Positions 45,766 through 58,133 of a stretch of 64,000 nucleotides of DNA are shown piece by piece. Numbering within the stretch: position 1 is the first letter of the stretch; every line of letters begins with the position of its first letter. Source of the stretch: the human T2T-CHM13v2.0 reference genome, Homo sapiens; NCBI RefSeq assembly GCF_009914755.1, contig NC_060936.1; one strand, 5' to 3'. The notes under the pieces are model-generated. The model was not told the origin of the DNA. It did not search any database and saw only the letters and a list, made by a program, of their open reading frames with translations. The position numbers were made by a program, and so were the translations under genes.

Positions 45766-46492
45766 GGAGCGGGCCGACCGGGGGAGTCACCGCGCGCTCC
45801 AGGAGCGCCCAGGCGGCTGCAGCTGCAGCAGGTCCCTTCCCCGCCCCCTGCGCTCGGCTCCGGCGTGCGCTGAACTGAGCCCACCCGGCGAGCTCGCGGA
45901 GCCGCCGCGGCTGCTGCCACGGCTACTGCCGCCGGGTCATGTGATAATCAGGCTGCAAGGGCTCAGGCTGCTGCGGTGGCCGTTGCTCAGCCCCTCCCCT
46001 GCCGGCCCAAGCGAGACTCGCACCGGGATCGTGACCTCCTGGGGGAGGGGGAGACCGGCTGAGTCGGTACCTGGCGGAGGGGATGGGGGCGCTGTGAGCT
46101 GGAGGCGGTACAGGTGTTAGCGGCTGTCACGTGGAGCCGGGCAGCCGGGAAAAGGATTGAAGAATCCACTCCTGAGGAATGCTGCCTTCACCCTCCAGAA
46201 AGGAAACTTTGGGAGCAGGAGGGGAAAGGGGAGACAGGTGCAATCAGGGTGGGAAGCTTCTAAGTCCTGCGGTGGAAACCAGCAGTCACTGGGTGTAAGA
46301 GACTTTCCAGGGCTTAAAAATAAACAAGCCTATACGGATTGCATGAGAATTATTAAAAGTTTTTCCCTAGGTATTTGTCGATTTACTTTTCTTTTTATTA
46401 CCACTATATGCATCATTATCTATGGAGCAAACCTTATTTCGAACCCAGAATAAGCTTAATACACAAGAAAAAAGATCTCTTAAGAAATCAGA

Positions 46493-46591
46493 GGCTGGTC
46501 TGAGGGCAGTGGTATTTACAATTAATTGATCACAACCAGTTACAGATTTCTTTGTTCTTTCTCCACTCCCGCTGCTTCACTTGACTAGCCT
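46493..46591 (+). pseudogene. Y3 RNA (RNY3) processed pseudogene
   Basis: GGCTGGTCTGAGGGCAGTGGTATTTACAATTAATTGATCACAACCAGTTACAGATTTCTTTGTT...TTCACTTGACTAGCCT matches hY3 with about 6 substitutions. A-rich tail in place of the oligo-T terminator, imperfect TSD AAGAAA(T)CAG. Confidence 0.93.
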
Positions 46592-46646
46592 AAAAGAAAA
46601 AGAAACAGGGACCATTAGTATTTAATTGTTAAATAAATTTATACAA

Positions 46647-46793
46647 GCATTATCCTCCAACGTAGCAACAAAAGTATCTTTTCAAAGCTTACCTCGTTTA
46701 CTATCTAGACAAATAAATGCATTTTCCTCCAACTTAGGAACAAAAGTATCTTTTCAAAGCTTACCTTGTTTACTATCTAGACACTTAAATGCA
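46647..46793. repeat. 72-bp tandem duplication (2 copies)
   Basis: TCCTCCAAC..AACAAAAGTATCTTTTCAAAGCTTACCT.GTTTACTATCTAGACA at 46653 and 46725. Confidence 0.95.
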
Positions 46794-47741
46794 GTCGTAT
46801 TTGAATTTTTTTTAATTCAGAACATTGTTGCAAAATTATCTAAGGGCACTTATAAAACGAAAGAAGCTTAAGTAGAACATAGCAACTCAAATGCTAAAGT
46901 AAAAATGAATAAATACTTATAATGATAAAACATTTTTGGTGATCATATGTTAGAAAACACATCTTAAAAACTGAATACTTCATCAAGGCTAACATTTCTT
47001 AAATATTGGCTTTTTAGGGGGAGGGGAAACTTTGCAATAGAACGTGTATCCTGTTCATGTTTACCTATTTAATTTGCCAGAATTCGGTGTTACTTACGCA
47101 GTTATGCACCAAACAGCTTGCTCTGAATTCAACGGAGAATACAGGCCCTCGTTCTTCTCAGTCAGTGTTTGGGAAGGAGAGTGGCCCAGGTGTTGAAGGA
47201 GAAGCCAATTCTTTGAAGAGGAATTGTGAGTCAAGGAGTTCTTGCTGTTAGGTGAGGCCTGGATAAGCCTCACAGATGTCTTTTCTTCAGTATCTATAAT
47301 ATTCTTTTTAAAAGACATTTCCCCCTTTAACTTTTTCATGTATAGATATTCTAATTTACTAGGTACCAAATAATTATGTAAAAGATGGCAGTATTTTAAA
47401 CTTTCAGTGAAATGCCACTCCTATCAATGAAGTTTTTAAATCACTTTTTACAAAATATAAATGTAATTTTATCTTAGCTCCTTTTCTTCTTATTTTGTGC
47501 AGTGTTTTAAATGATGCAAGATATGTCTTCTTATCCTTTGCTTGGTTAAACCGCAAACTCCTGAATGGGAAATCTCTGATTATATGGGTGGTGGTGAAAC
47601 ATCGAACATACCACATTCTCTGGTATCCATTGAGTCTAATATAAGCTTAGAATCGTCTTTTTAAGAAAACTTTTGTTGTAGAACAACTACCTTTATAATT
47701 GTCTCTCAGATATTCCAGTAAATAAACATTTTTTTAGTTGA

Positions 47742-48030
47742 TTTTTTTTGAAATGGAGTTTCGCTCTTATCACCCAGGCTGGAGTGCAGTGGCGTGATCT
47801 CGGCTTACTGCAACCTCTGCCTCTCGGTTCAAACAATTCTCCTGCCTCAGCCTCCCGAATAGCTGGGATTATAGGCATCCACCACCACGCCCAGCTAATT
47901 TTTTGTATTTTTAGTAGAGATGGGGTTTCACCATGTTGGCCAGACTGGTCTCGAACTGCTGACCTCGTGATCCGCCCGCCTCAGCCTCCCAAAGTGCAGG
48001 GATTAGAGGCGTGAGCCACCTGCGCCCGAC
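47742..48030 (-). mobile_element. AluS
   Basis: Antisense dimer; TSD CATTTT(TTT)AGTTG. Confidence 0.92.
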
Positions 48031-48897
48031 CATTTTAGTTGCATTTAATATGGTCTTCCATTCATTTCACTTTATTGGAAAGCTTTAGTATTTATTTGAA
48101 ATAGGAATTTGAAATTGTTCTTGTGTGATTTATTTTCAATTTAAACATGGTAACAGTTCATGGTAAATAATTAATATATAAAATTCAAATATACAGAACT
48201 GTAAATAAAAATGTAAAAGACTCCAAAAGAATTCCCCAGGGGATAACTACTGTTAGTATTTTTGGTAGGCTTCTAAAATTTTTCTCAAATAGGATATTTA
48301 GCAAGATTAAATTTGGCAACATTAGCAAGACTTGTGAACTGTAACACTTACAGAACTAGTGTTCTGTAAGAAATTATTCTACTATTTTTCCATAACCTAA
48401 TTATTACCTGTAATGAGAAAGTCTTGGTATGTCATTAGCTTTGCTAGCAAACGTTGCCCTGCAAACAGTAGAAAAACAGAAATTCTATACCTGTTCTCTT
48501 TCAAATACTTCTATAGTAAAAGACGGAAATGAAATTTCTGATTAAAATGGGGGTGGTCATCCCTCTTAGAGGGACCTCTAAAATTATATGCTTTTCACAC
48601 CTATTGTACTCATAGGTTCTGAGAGTATCTGTGTTACTAAATTCAAAAGGGGCATTGATCAGGTACTGAGAGACCCTCAATGTGTTTGTTAGACATCAAT
48701 AGATACCCTTCATTTTCTCTTGTGTTTTTTTTTCTCTTGGAAAATGTGGGTTTGAAGACTTATTCATTTAAGAGATAGATACATAGACCTTATATTTAGA
48801 TGCTCTGTATATCAACATAATCTCATTTCTAGGTCTATAATACTATAGTTTTGAATATTAAATAACACTATGCCATTAGTAAGACTTAAAAAAAGAG

Positions 48898-49567
<670 letters not shown>

Positions 49568-49599
49568 TCAGTCAAAACATCAGGTATCCTCTCAAAATG

Positions 49600-49980
49600 T
49601 TTATTAATTATAAAAGATGAAACAATAAATTACAGTGAAAAAACTTGGCAGAAATCACCTTAATGCAATGACCAAGGTTGACATCACTAGTCATTAAGTA
49701 CCCCCTGACATGGGTCTTCTTCCCCCAAATCCTATACCTCAGTATGCTCATGGGAAAATATGGGTCACACCCAAACTGAAGATGTTCTAGAAAGTACCTG
49801 ACCAAATACCAGATATGGTTAGAAGTGTCAAGGTCCCGAAAGGCAAAAAAGACTAAGGAACTGTCACAGATTGAAGACAATGGAGCTACAACAACTGCAA
49901 TGTAGTACCAATGTTATTTTCTTAGTTTTGACATTAACATTAGGAAAGCTGGGTAAAGGGTATACAGGAAAAAAACATTA
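49600..49980 (+). mobile_element. L1MC-type 3'UTR fragment
   Basis: acagtgaaaaacttggcaga...caaggttgacatcac; aaggaactgtcacagattg. A similar fragment lies near 16030-16260. Confidence 0.6.
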
Positions 49981-50311
49981 AAATACAAACACACACCAGA
50001 GAGATTTTGGGTTTAAGTAGGGAGCAAATGTTCCTTTGGAAATCAGTCCAGAAGAAAGACAAATGATGCCTTTCCAGGACTCATCCCTCCCACAGCTAGA
50101 GACTCATACCTCCGTTATGGTGCTAGTTTCCTTGTATTCTAATTAGTACATATATCTTCCCATTAGACAGTGAAATCCTGCAGGGAAAGAATATTCTTAT
50201 TCATCTTTGTATTTCCAGCACTTTGCCTAATCCTTAACAAGTAACAGGGTTTGGTGGGCAATTAATCCTTTTTAAAAATCCCATTCAGAGAAGAAAGACT
50301 ATTCTGTTTGA

Positions 50312-50715
<404 letters not shown>

Positions 50716-53700
50716 AACTTTCTTAACCTATGGTATCTGATAAGGCTTAGCTAACTTCAGTCAATATCCATATTGGTAATAATATGGATACCAAGTCATG
50801 TGGGTCTTTCCTTCACACAAAACTGATAGCCTGATATATATATATGTCATAACCAGGATATGAAGTTACAACAGTTAACACTAATTTGTTTTGCTTCAGA
50901 GATAGTTTGGATTCCAGTTTTGTATGCAGGAATGTACTGATTGGAAACACCTGATTTATTGGGGGTCGGGGGATACATGTATTTCTCTTCAGTAAACAAA
51001 ACCATTTACTTGTAAGTGACAGTTTCTTATGAACCAAGAAATTTATACCAAATTCCTGAGCACAGAGTTATAGAGTATTCACAGATTTTACATCCATGAA
51101 ATGCAGTCATTCCCTAGATTATAAACACCTAATTTAGAAACATTTGGAAATGTCCTACGCTGTCCACATTGTCCTATACTGAAACTACTGTTTTGTAACT
51201 GATGTGCGAATTGTAGAAAAAAAATAGTTATCCTTATCTCACAGAATAGCTGCAAGGTTCAGTGAGATAATAGTTGTAAATATGTTATAACTAATGTTGG
51301 GCTGGTATTATCACTCTTCTCTAGTTAAATCTGTTTTTCCTTAGAGATCAATTTTTAATATCTAAATTTTAAGCCATTTCTTTTCTCTGTTCTTTGCTTA
51401 TAACAACCAGGATAACAATCCCTACCTCATTGGATTATCTTGATAATTAATGGAATAACATGTATATTCTTAATATTCTTCTTGGTACAGAATAGATGAT
51501 CAATAAACAGGTAATAAGCACAATGACAGCACTCTGCACTGTGGGTGATGAGTGAATTTACATACATTGTTTCCAATGCTCTATCAACACCAAGGTAAAC
51601 ATTGTTTTTATTGCTCTTAAACAACACTACCACTTTACTATTGAAGACAGCTGGGAGGTTTATAAATGACTTGCCCAAGACAACACAGCAGTAACAAAGC
51701 AATGCAGTCCCATTAGGTACTTTCTTTAACATTACAACATATAGAAAGTTTACATCACAAAATATTTTTTCCCTACCTTTTTCAAGCAAAGATCTGGTAA
51801 CCTCAGTTATGGTTGTTTTTAAAGGCCTCTGTGATTCTGAAATTAAAACAATCCCTTGGCAACCTTAGATGGATTGTTTTAAGTATAATCCTGTCATTTG
51901 GAAATTGTTCCAAATTCTAAAGCAATTACTTTTCAGTGAGGTTTTTAGCTACAACTTGTTTCTGAGTTGGGAGCTGTCTGGGTCATGCTAAAGTTGAACA
52001 GAAATTCTAAATTCTGTTCAACTGGAAAGTATCTTTTAAAAAAAGATTATAATATTACTAAACTGTTCCCAAGCCTTGTCATATTAACTTCTCTTTTAAT
52101 ATTATTTGTTCCCCTGATCTTCTGCCATGATAAATCACTACTATCATGATTTTTTTTTCCAGATAATAGTGGCTTTAGTAAAATATCCAATGAAACTTGT
52201 TTACTGAATAGAAAAATCATCATTTGCTTAGAGTAGTGCATGTGGTTTGAACAAGTTCAGAAATCAAGTAACTGAAGACAGCTTCTTAGCTAAGAACTAT
52301 AAACTCAAATTGCTTTTTATTCTCTCAAAGGATCAGTGTTGCTCTATGCCAGTAGATATGGCAGCTGTCTAGAATATGTTGAAATGCAGAATTAGTTGCT
52401 TTGTCCTTTTTGTCATCAACCGTATTTTGAATCAAATTAGAGAGGCTTTTTATGCTTGCCTGTAAATATTTTTAGGTTTATCTTTCCAAAACCAAAACAC
52501 AGTGGAGTGTCATGGCAAATAACCTCATATTTTATTCAAAAACAATACCCCCTCCCCAGTCATGCATTTATAATTAAAATATCCTATTTTAATACATTCT
52601 CCTTATCTCTACTTTAGTGAATTTAAAAAAAAAATCTCTTGACATAACTGGGTAATCGTAACAATTCTCTTGTAATTGCTTTGACTGTGGAAAATAGGCA
52701 TATCAGATTGCAGTCCCTCACATGACAGCCACCAGCAAGATAACAAAAGACAGATTGACAAGAGAACAGCATAAAATTTCATTTAATATAACTTTTATCA
52801 TATTAAATAATATATTATGTATTTATTAAAACTTCTTATATAATATATAAAAACTTATTTTTATATACTAAAATGTATTACATACAAATAAAACATTATA
52901 TAAAAATTTGTTTTAAATGATTGGACAAAAAGGTATGGTCTAATGGTAATAAACTGGGGGAACTTTGCAAACTTGTTAGTAAACTTGTTGGAAAAGTAAA
53001 CTATCTGGCCCCATCGCAAACCTGTTGATTCAGAATCCCTGGGATGGGACGCAACAATCTAGCTTAAAAGTCCTCCAGGTGATTCTGATGTAAACCATTT
53101 GAGAAATACTGGCACATGGGAAACTTGTACTGTTTATCTAAAGGACAGGCAGACATGGAAATGCAGGGAATATGTCAAGTAAGAAAAATAAGCAGTGACG
53201 CATGTGCTCTGACTTTAAATGTATGTAGAACAACAACAGTTGTTGTTCAACAGTCCCAAATTGAATGAGACTATTCAACTGGATCTATTCAGAAACATAT
53301 GAACTGCCCCTTTCTGTTTCATTTCCGTGGGCTTATGTTAGTGTAGAAGCCTGAGTACATTTGCTGTGGGCAGATATGTAAATTCTTTAGCATATGGGAA
53401 GCTGTAGAGAAGAAAGTAGGATTGAGTACTGCCTCCTGATCATCTCCCAGGACCGGATTACCAATAGCCAGTCTATGCCCATGTTCTGTCACGTGCCAAG
53501 CAGGGGCAGAAAAAAAATAAATATAAATATATATTTCTATCAATTCACATTATAATATAAATATGTATATAAACTTTATATATATACATATATTTTAAAC
53601 TACATGTTTGGTAATGTATTTTAAAAGTAACAAAGTGGTCACTATTAGGAAAACCAAAATATTCTTGGCCTTTGTAGGGGAGAAAAAACTTTTTCCTCTA

Positions 53701-54042
53701 CCAACTTTTGTTATTTCAATGGGAGCCTGCAAATTAAACTGAAAAAAGACATTAGTAAGAGAAAAGAGCTTATTTATGCGGGCAATTTTCGCACATGTGG
53801 GAGTGTTCCGTGATGAGTAACTGAAAAGTGTGGTTAGAATTTGGGGCTTATATACCTAACTTAGTAGGGAAAAGGAATGGGGGAGAAAGACATCTATGGG
53901 AAGGACAAATTGGTTTGTTTAGGAAAGACAAATGGGTTTTCAGGAGAACAAACAGAAGATAAGAAAGTTTGTGATAATACTTATGCAGGTATGAGTGGTC
54001 TTTCTGTCTTCTTCATGGCGATGAAACTGCACCTGAGACGGG

Positions 54043-54571
54043 TGATGAGGTTTAAAACATGCTACTCCAAAATATGGCATCTTGATGTTTGAGAAAACAG
54101 CAGAAGCAGGAAAGTCTCACTCACTTTCCTCCTGCACTTCTTCCCAGAAACAGGTCATAAAACTTAGGAAGGATTCTCTGACCTTCCCTGGAAGCAGGTC
54201 ATAAGACCCTCTTTCTAGAGGTACCCACTCTACACCTGGAGAAAAAGGACATCCTTATCTCTGGAGACACAGGGACACAGAGAAGAATCTGAACAAATGA
54301 CTTGCTATGTTTCTTCCAGATTCTTACCATTAGATCATACTTTTTTATCCCCTCATAGCTCTCCATGAATATCCGCTTCTTCATCAAACCTAGCCTAAAA
54401 AGTACACAGGTTCACCTATTTCTTCTTGTCTTTATTTCCTTATGAAGGCTTCCATGTTATTTAAAATTTAAAGTAAACTTTTATGCTTTTCTCTTTTTGA
54501 TGTCTTGTGTTATAGAGATCTCAGTTACGAATATAATGATGGATGAAAAAAGACATGTTTTCTCCGCTATA
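54043..54571 (+). mobile_element. MER39-like solo LTR
   Basis: TGATG...catgctactccaaaatatggca...tttgagaaaacagcagaagcaggaa; TSD CGGG/GGGG. Confidence 0.78.
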
Positions 54572-54581
54572 GGGGATTTAT

Positions 54582-55177
54582 TGTAGTGGAGGGGAGAAGA
54601 GAATTTTTTTCCTCACCCCTTGCTAGGTTCATGGCTGAGACCCCTGTAAACAAAAGACAGATTGACAAGAGAACAGCATAAAATCTTATTTAATATAATT
54701 TTATTATATTAAAGAATATATTATTAGAATGTATTTATATGTAATATATTATTAAAAACTTACATATGTAATTAAACTTATATATTAAAAACATACAATA
54801 AAACTTATATAAAATATAAACTTATATATTAAAAACATATATTAAGTTTTATTATATATAAATAATTTTAAATGGTTGGACAAAAGACGTAAATGGTCTA
54901 ATGATAATAAACTGGGGGAAACTTAGCAAAGCCTGTTTCTTCTGATTTTTCTCTGTATCCTTGTGTCCTCAGAGATAAGGACATTCCTTTCCTCTGCATA
55001 TAGGGAGATCACCTCTAGAATGAGGGTCAAAACCTACTTCGGGGGAAGGTCAGTTCTTTTATGACCTGCTTCTGAAAAGAAAGCTAAGAGAAGATCCGAG
55101 AGTGACCTTCTTGCTTCTCTTGTCTTCTCAAATACCAAATTGCCATAGTTTGGAACAGCATGTCCTGAAGCCCATCA
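54582..55177 (-). mobile_element. MER39-like solo LTR with an internal AT-rich tract
   Basis: Reverse complement starts TGATGGGCTTCAGGACATGCTGTTCCAAACTATGGCA and aligns to 54043-54320; TSD TTAT/TTAG. Confidence 0.78.
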
Positions 55178-55389
55178 TTAGCCTTATTTCCCAGAAGTAC
55201 CCTGCTTTTACTCAGATAAGGGAAGCTTTGGAAAGGCTCCTTTCTGCATCTGCTGAATCTCAAGTGTCTTCATCTTAAAATAATCTTTTACCAACTCCGG
55301 GGTTCCAAGTGGGTCCCTACATCTTCCTTTATTGTATGGTTTATTATTGTTTTTGGTATAATTGCTCGGACTAGGGCACTAGATATATC

Positions 55390-56325
55390 TTTCAATTCCT
55401 GGAGTTTTAATCTGGCTCCAAATTCTCCACTTGTAGATCCCACAGGCACCTCAAATTCAACACATCATAAATAGAACTCATTATCTTTCCACGATGCTTC
55501 TCCTTTTCCTCCTGAGACTATAGTCTCAGCTAATGACGTGAGTATCCACTTGTCCAACCTAGACATGTAGGAGACGTCATCTACTCCTACCCTTTTCTCA
55601 TATTCCTGTTTCCAGTCTGTCATCAAGTTTGGTTGATTGTGCCTTCCAGGTGCCTTCCAAGTCTGTCTCCTCCAGTCTGTTTCACAGCTACTAAGTTTGC
55701 TCAGATCTTCATTTTCTCAGACTTCTATGGCAGACTCTTGCTAGGATTCAGGTGGAGCTATCTTCCACACAACAGCTAAAAGGAGCTTTCAGAATAGAGC
55801 ACCTGGTGATCTTACCTCCTTTCCAGTTTTAAACTCTTCAACTGGCCAATTGGTTAAAATCCTTAACATGAGCCTTCATAGTCCGGACCCTGATTGCTTT
55901 TTGAATCTCAGGTTCCCCTTTCCTCCAACCCAGCAACTCTGTGCTTCAGCCTTGCCAATTACATACTTGCCATTCTCAGAAGTGGATGTTCTTGCCCTCT
56001 ACCTCTATATTTGAACATGCCATTTTCCTTTGCCTGAAATGCTGCAAGCCCTTCCTGTTGTCCTTCTCTGCACATCCAGTGGCAGAATCTGATTATTTTC
56101 ATATCCTCCACATCCTTTCATCAGTGAGGAGTTTCTTTATCTGTATTCCCCAAGCACTTTTACATAACTCTATCCGTAATTATAGCAATCACATTGTGTT
56201 ATAATTATCTCATTCCTGCAATGTGTGATAATTGAAAACAGGGGCTCTTTATTTTTCTCTTTGAATCTACAATACTTTTCATACGTTATATGAGTTAAAT
56301 AAAGGTTGAATGAATAAATGAGTAA
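55390..56325 (+). mobile_element. L2 3' region
   Basis: cacaggcacctcaaattcaac...aactcattatctt, ending ttgaatgaataaatga. Confidence 0.75.
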
Positions 56326-56713
56326 ATAAATTACTATGGCAAAGAGAGAAAGGCAGTAGTATGTGTCTCATTGAAAAGCCAAATTGAAGGAATTTTAGTA
56401 GTGCTTCCAAAAAAAAAAAAAAAAAAAGAGGTAAAAGGTTCATAAACCTAGCCTGGTATCCAAGGCGTCCTAATTTTGATGTCCAGGAGATTTAATATAA
56501 ATGTCCTCAGCATACAAGTTAGGTGTTTCTGTATGTTGAAAAGTGCTCAATTTGATATATCTGAGCAATAAAACTGTGTTCAAAATTCGAATATTATGTT
56601 TTTTGAATACCTATAATGAATGCCTTTGGCCTTCCTATTAAAGCACAAATAAATAGGTGGGAAATATCTGTTCCTGGATTATCAATTTGTAATTCAGAAT
56701 CAATTTTTATAAA

Positions 56714-57024
56714 TTTTGTTTTTGTTTTTGTTTGTTTTTATTGAGGCAGAGTCTCGCTCTGTCACTCAGGCTGGAGTGCACTGGTACAATCTTGGCTTAC
56801 TGCAAATTCCGCCTCCTGGGTTCAAGTGATTCTCCTGACTCAGCCTCCTGAGTAGCTGGGACAACAGGCGCCCAGCACCACCCCTGGGTAATTTTTGTAT
56901 TTTTAGTAGAGATGGGGTTTCACCATGTTGGCCAGGCTGGTCTCGAACTCTTGACCTCAGGTGATTTACCTGCCTGGGCCTCCCAAAGTGTTGGGATTAC
57001 AGGCGTGAGCCACCGCACCTGGCC
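56714..57024 (-). mobile_element. AluS
   Basis: Antisense dimer with a (GTTTT)n tail. Confidence 0.92.
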
Positions 57025-57219
57025 AATATTGTGGTTTTTAAATGAACACTACCCATCGGTGGTTTCTACCTGAAAATGACTATTATATCCACCAATCTTT
57101 TCTTTCCTAGTAAATTTTCTAGTAAATTTTTTATTGTCTCTATTATTCGTGAAAACAATAGAAAAAATATTTTTAGAAATTACTGAAGGTTGTTAAGTCA
57201 AAACTTAAAATCAACTTAG

Positions 57220-57251
<32 letters not shown>

Positions 57252-57870
57252 GCTAATTTGGCTTGTTGTAAAATAGAGTAGGGCGAGAAGTCCGAAGAAA
57301 TTTCCTAGCGTATGTGATTTTATGTACTGGAGCACATCCATTACTGTGCTTTTTCAGCAAATGAAGCTCATCATTATTAGGCACTCAAGATTTGTAGAAT
57401 AATTCAGATGTGTTTAATCCACTGATGTATTCTAAAATAGCATAAAGTACCTACAGTGTGTCTAGCACATAGTGGAGTTTTAATGTAGTACGGCTATCAT
57501 TTTTACTGAGAGGCCCATGTGTCAAAGACAATTTGAGAGCTTGTTTCTAGCCTCTAAGTACAGCAAGAACCAGAAAGAAAGAAGAAGAAAAAGAAAGTAG
57601 ATACAATACACCTTAATTATGTAAACAAAAATGGATACTTATAATTTCGGCCAGAAATAGTGTTTATAATCAGATCTCCACAAGAACACACACACACAAG
57701 TCACTCATTTTGAGATTTATTTTTTCCGTAGAGGAAATGTCCAAACTCTTGTGATGTTCTCACTATCTTTCTTGTTTTTTTGTGTTTTTTTTAATTCTGA
57801 ATACATTCTGTATCCCAAGATGCAGAAGCTAAACATTAAAGATTTGAAAGTCAAGGCATTCTTTTACTAC

Positions 57871-58133
57871 GTCCTTATTTAGTCCATTTTGTGTTGCTAT
57901 GACAAAATACCAGAGACTGGATAATTTATAATGAACAAAAATATATTTCTCAGTTCTAGAGACTGGGAAGTCCAAGATCAAGGGGCTGGCACCTGTGAGG
58001 GCCTTCTTCCTGTGTCATAACAGGGCAGAAGGAATCAGATGGGCGGGAGAGAGACAAAAGTGGGGTCCTTTTATAAGAAACACACTCCCTCGTGATAACA
58101 TAAACGTTGAGGAACACATTTAAATCATAGCCG
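57871..58133 (-). mobile_element. MST-type MaLR LTR, internally deleted
   Basis: tagtccattttgtgttgctat...gactgggaagtccaagatcaagggg. Confidence 0.75.

Larger units (their letters stand above)
44700..46150. promoter_or_regulatory. CpG island, TATA-less promoter and 5'UTR of PPM1H
   Basis: Very high GC and CpG density around exon 1. ETS motif ACTTCCG (45745-45751), M-box GTCATGTGA (45936-45944) and E-box GTCACGTGG (46126-46134). The TSS cannot be fixed from sequence alone. Confidence 0.9.
53673..55321 (-). mobile_element. MER34-group ERV1 solo LTR (pieces 53673-54042, 54572-54581, 55178-55321) hosting two nested LTRs
   Basis: TGTAGGG...CCCTACA ends; approximate 4-bp TSD CCTT/TCTT. Family assignment from memory. 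Confidence 0.65.

Noticed and set aside
45130-46120. Plus-strand ORFs of 65-135 aa overlapping the CpG island
   Set aside because: Expected in stop-poor GC-rich DNA antisense to PPM1H; low-complexity products with no recognisable domain.
48352-48365. AGAACTAGTGTTCT as a glucocorticoid/androgen response element
   Set aside because: One base shorter than the canonical AGAACAnnnTGTTCT spacing.
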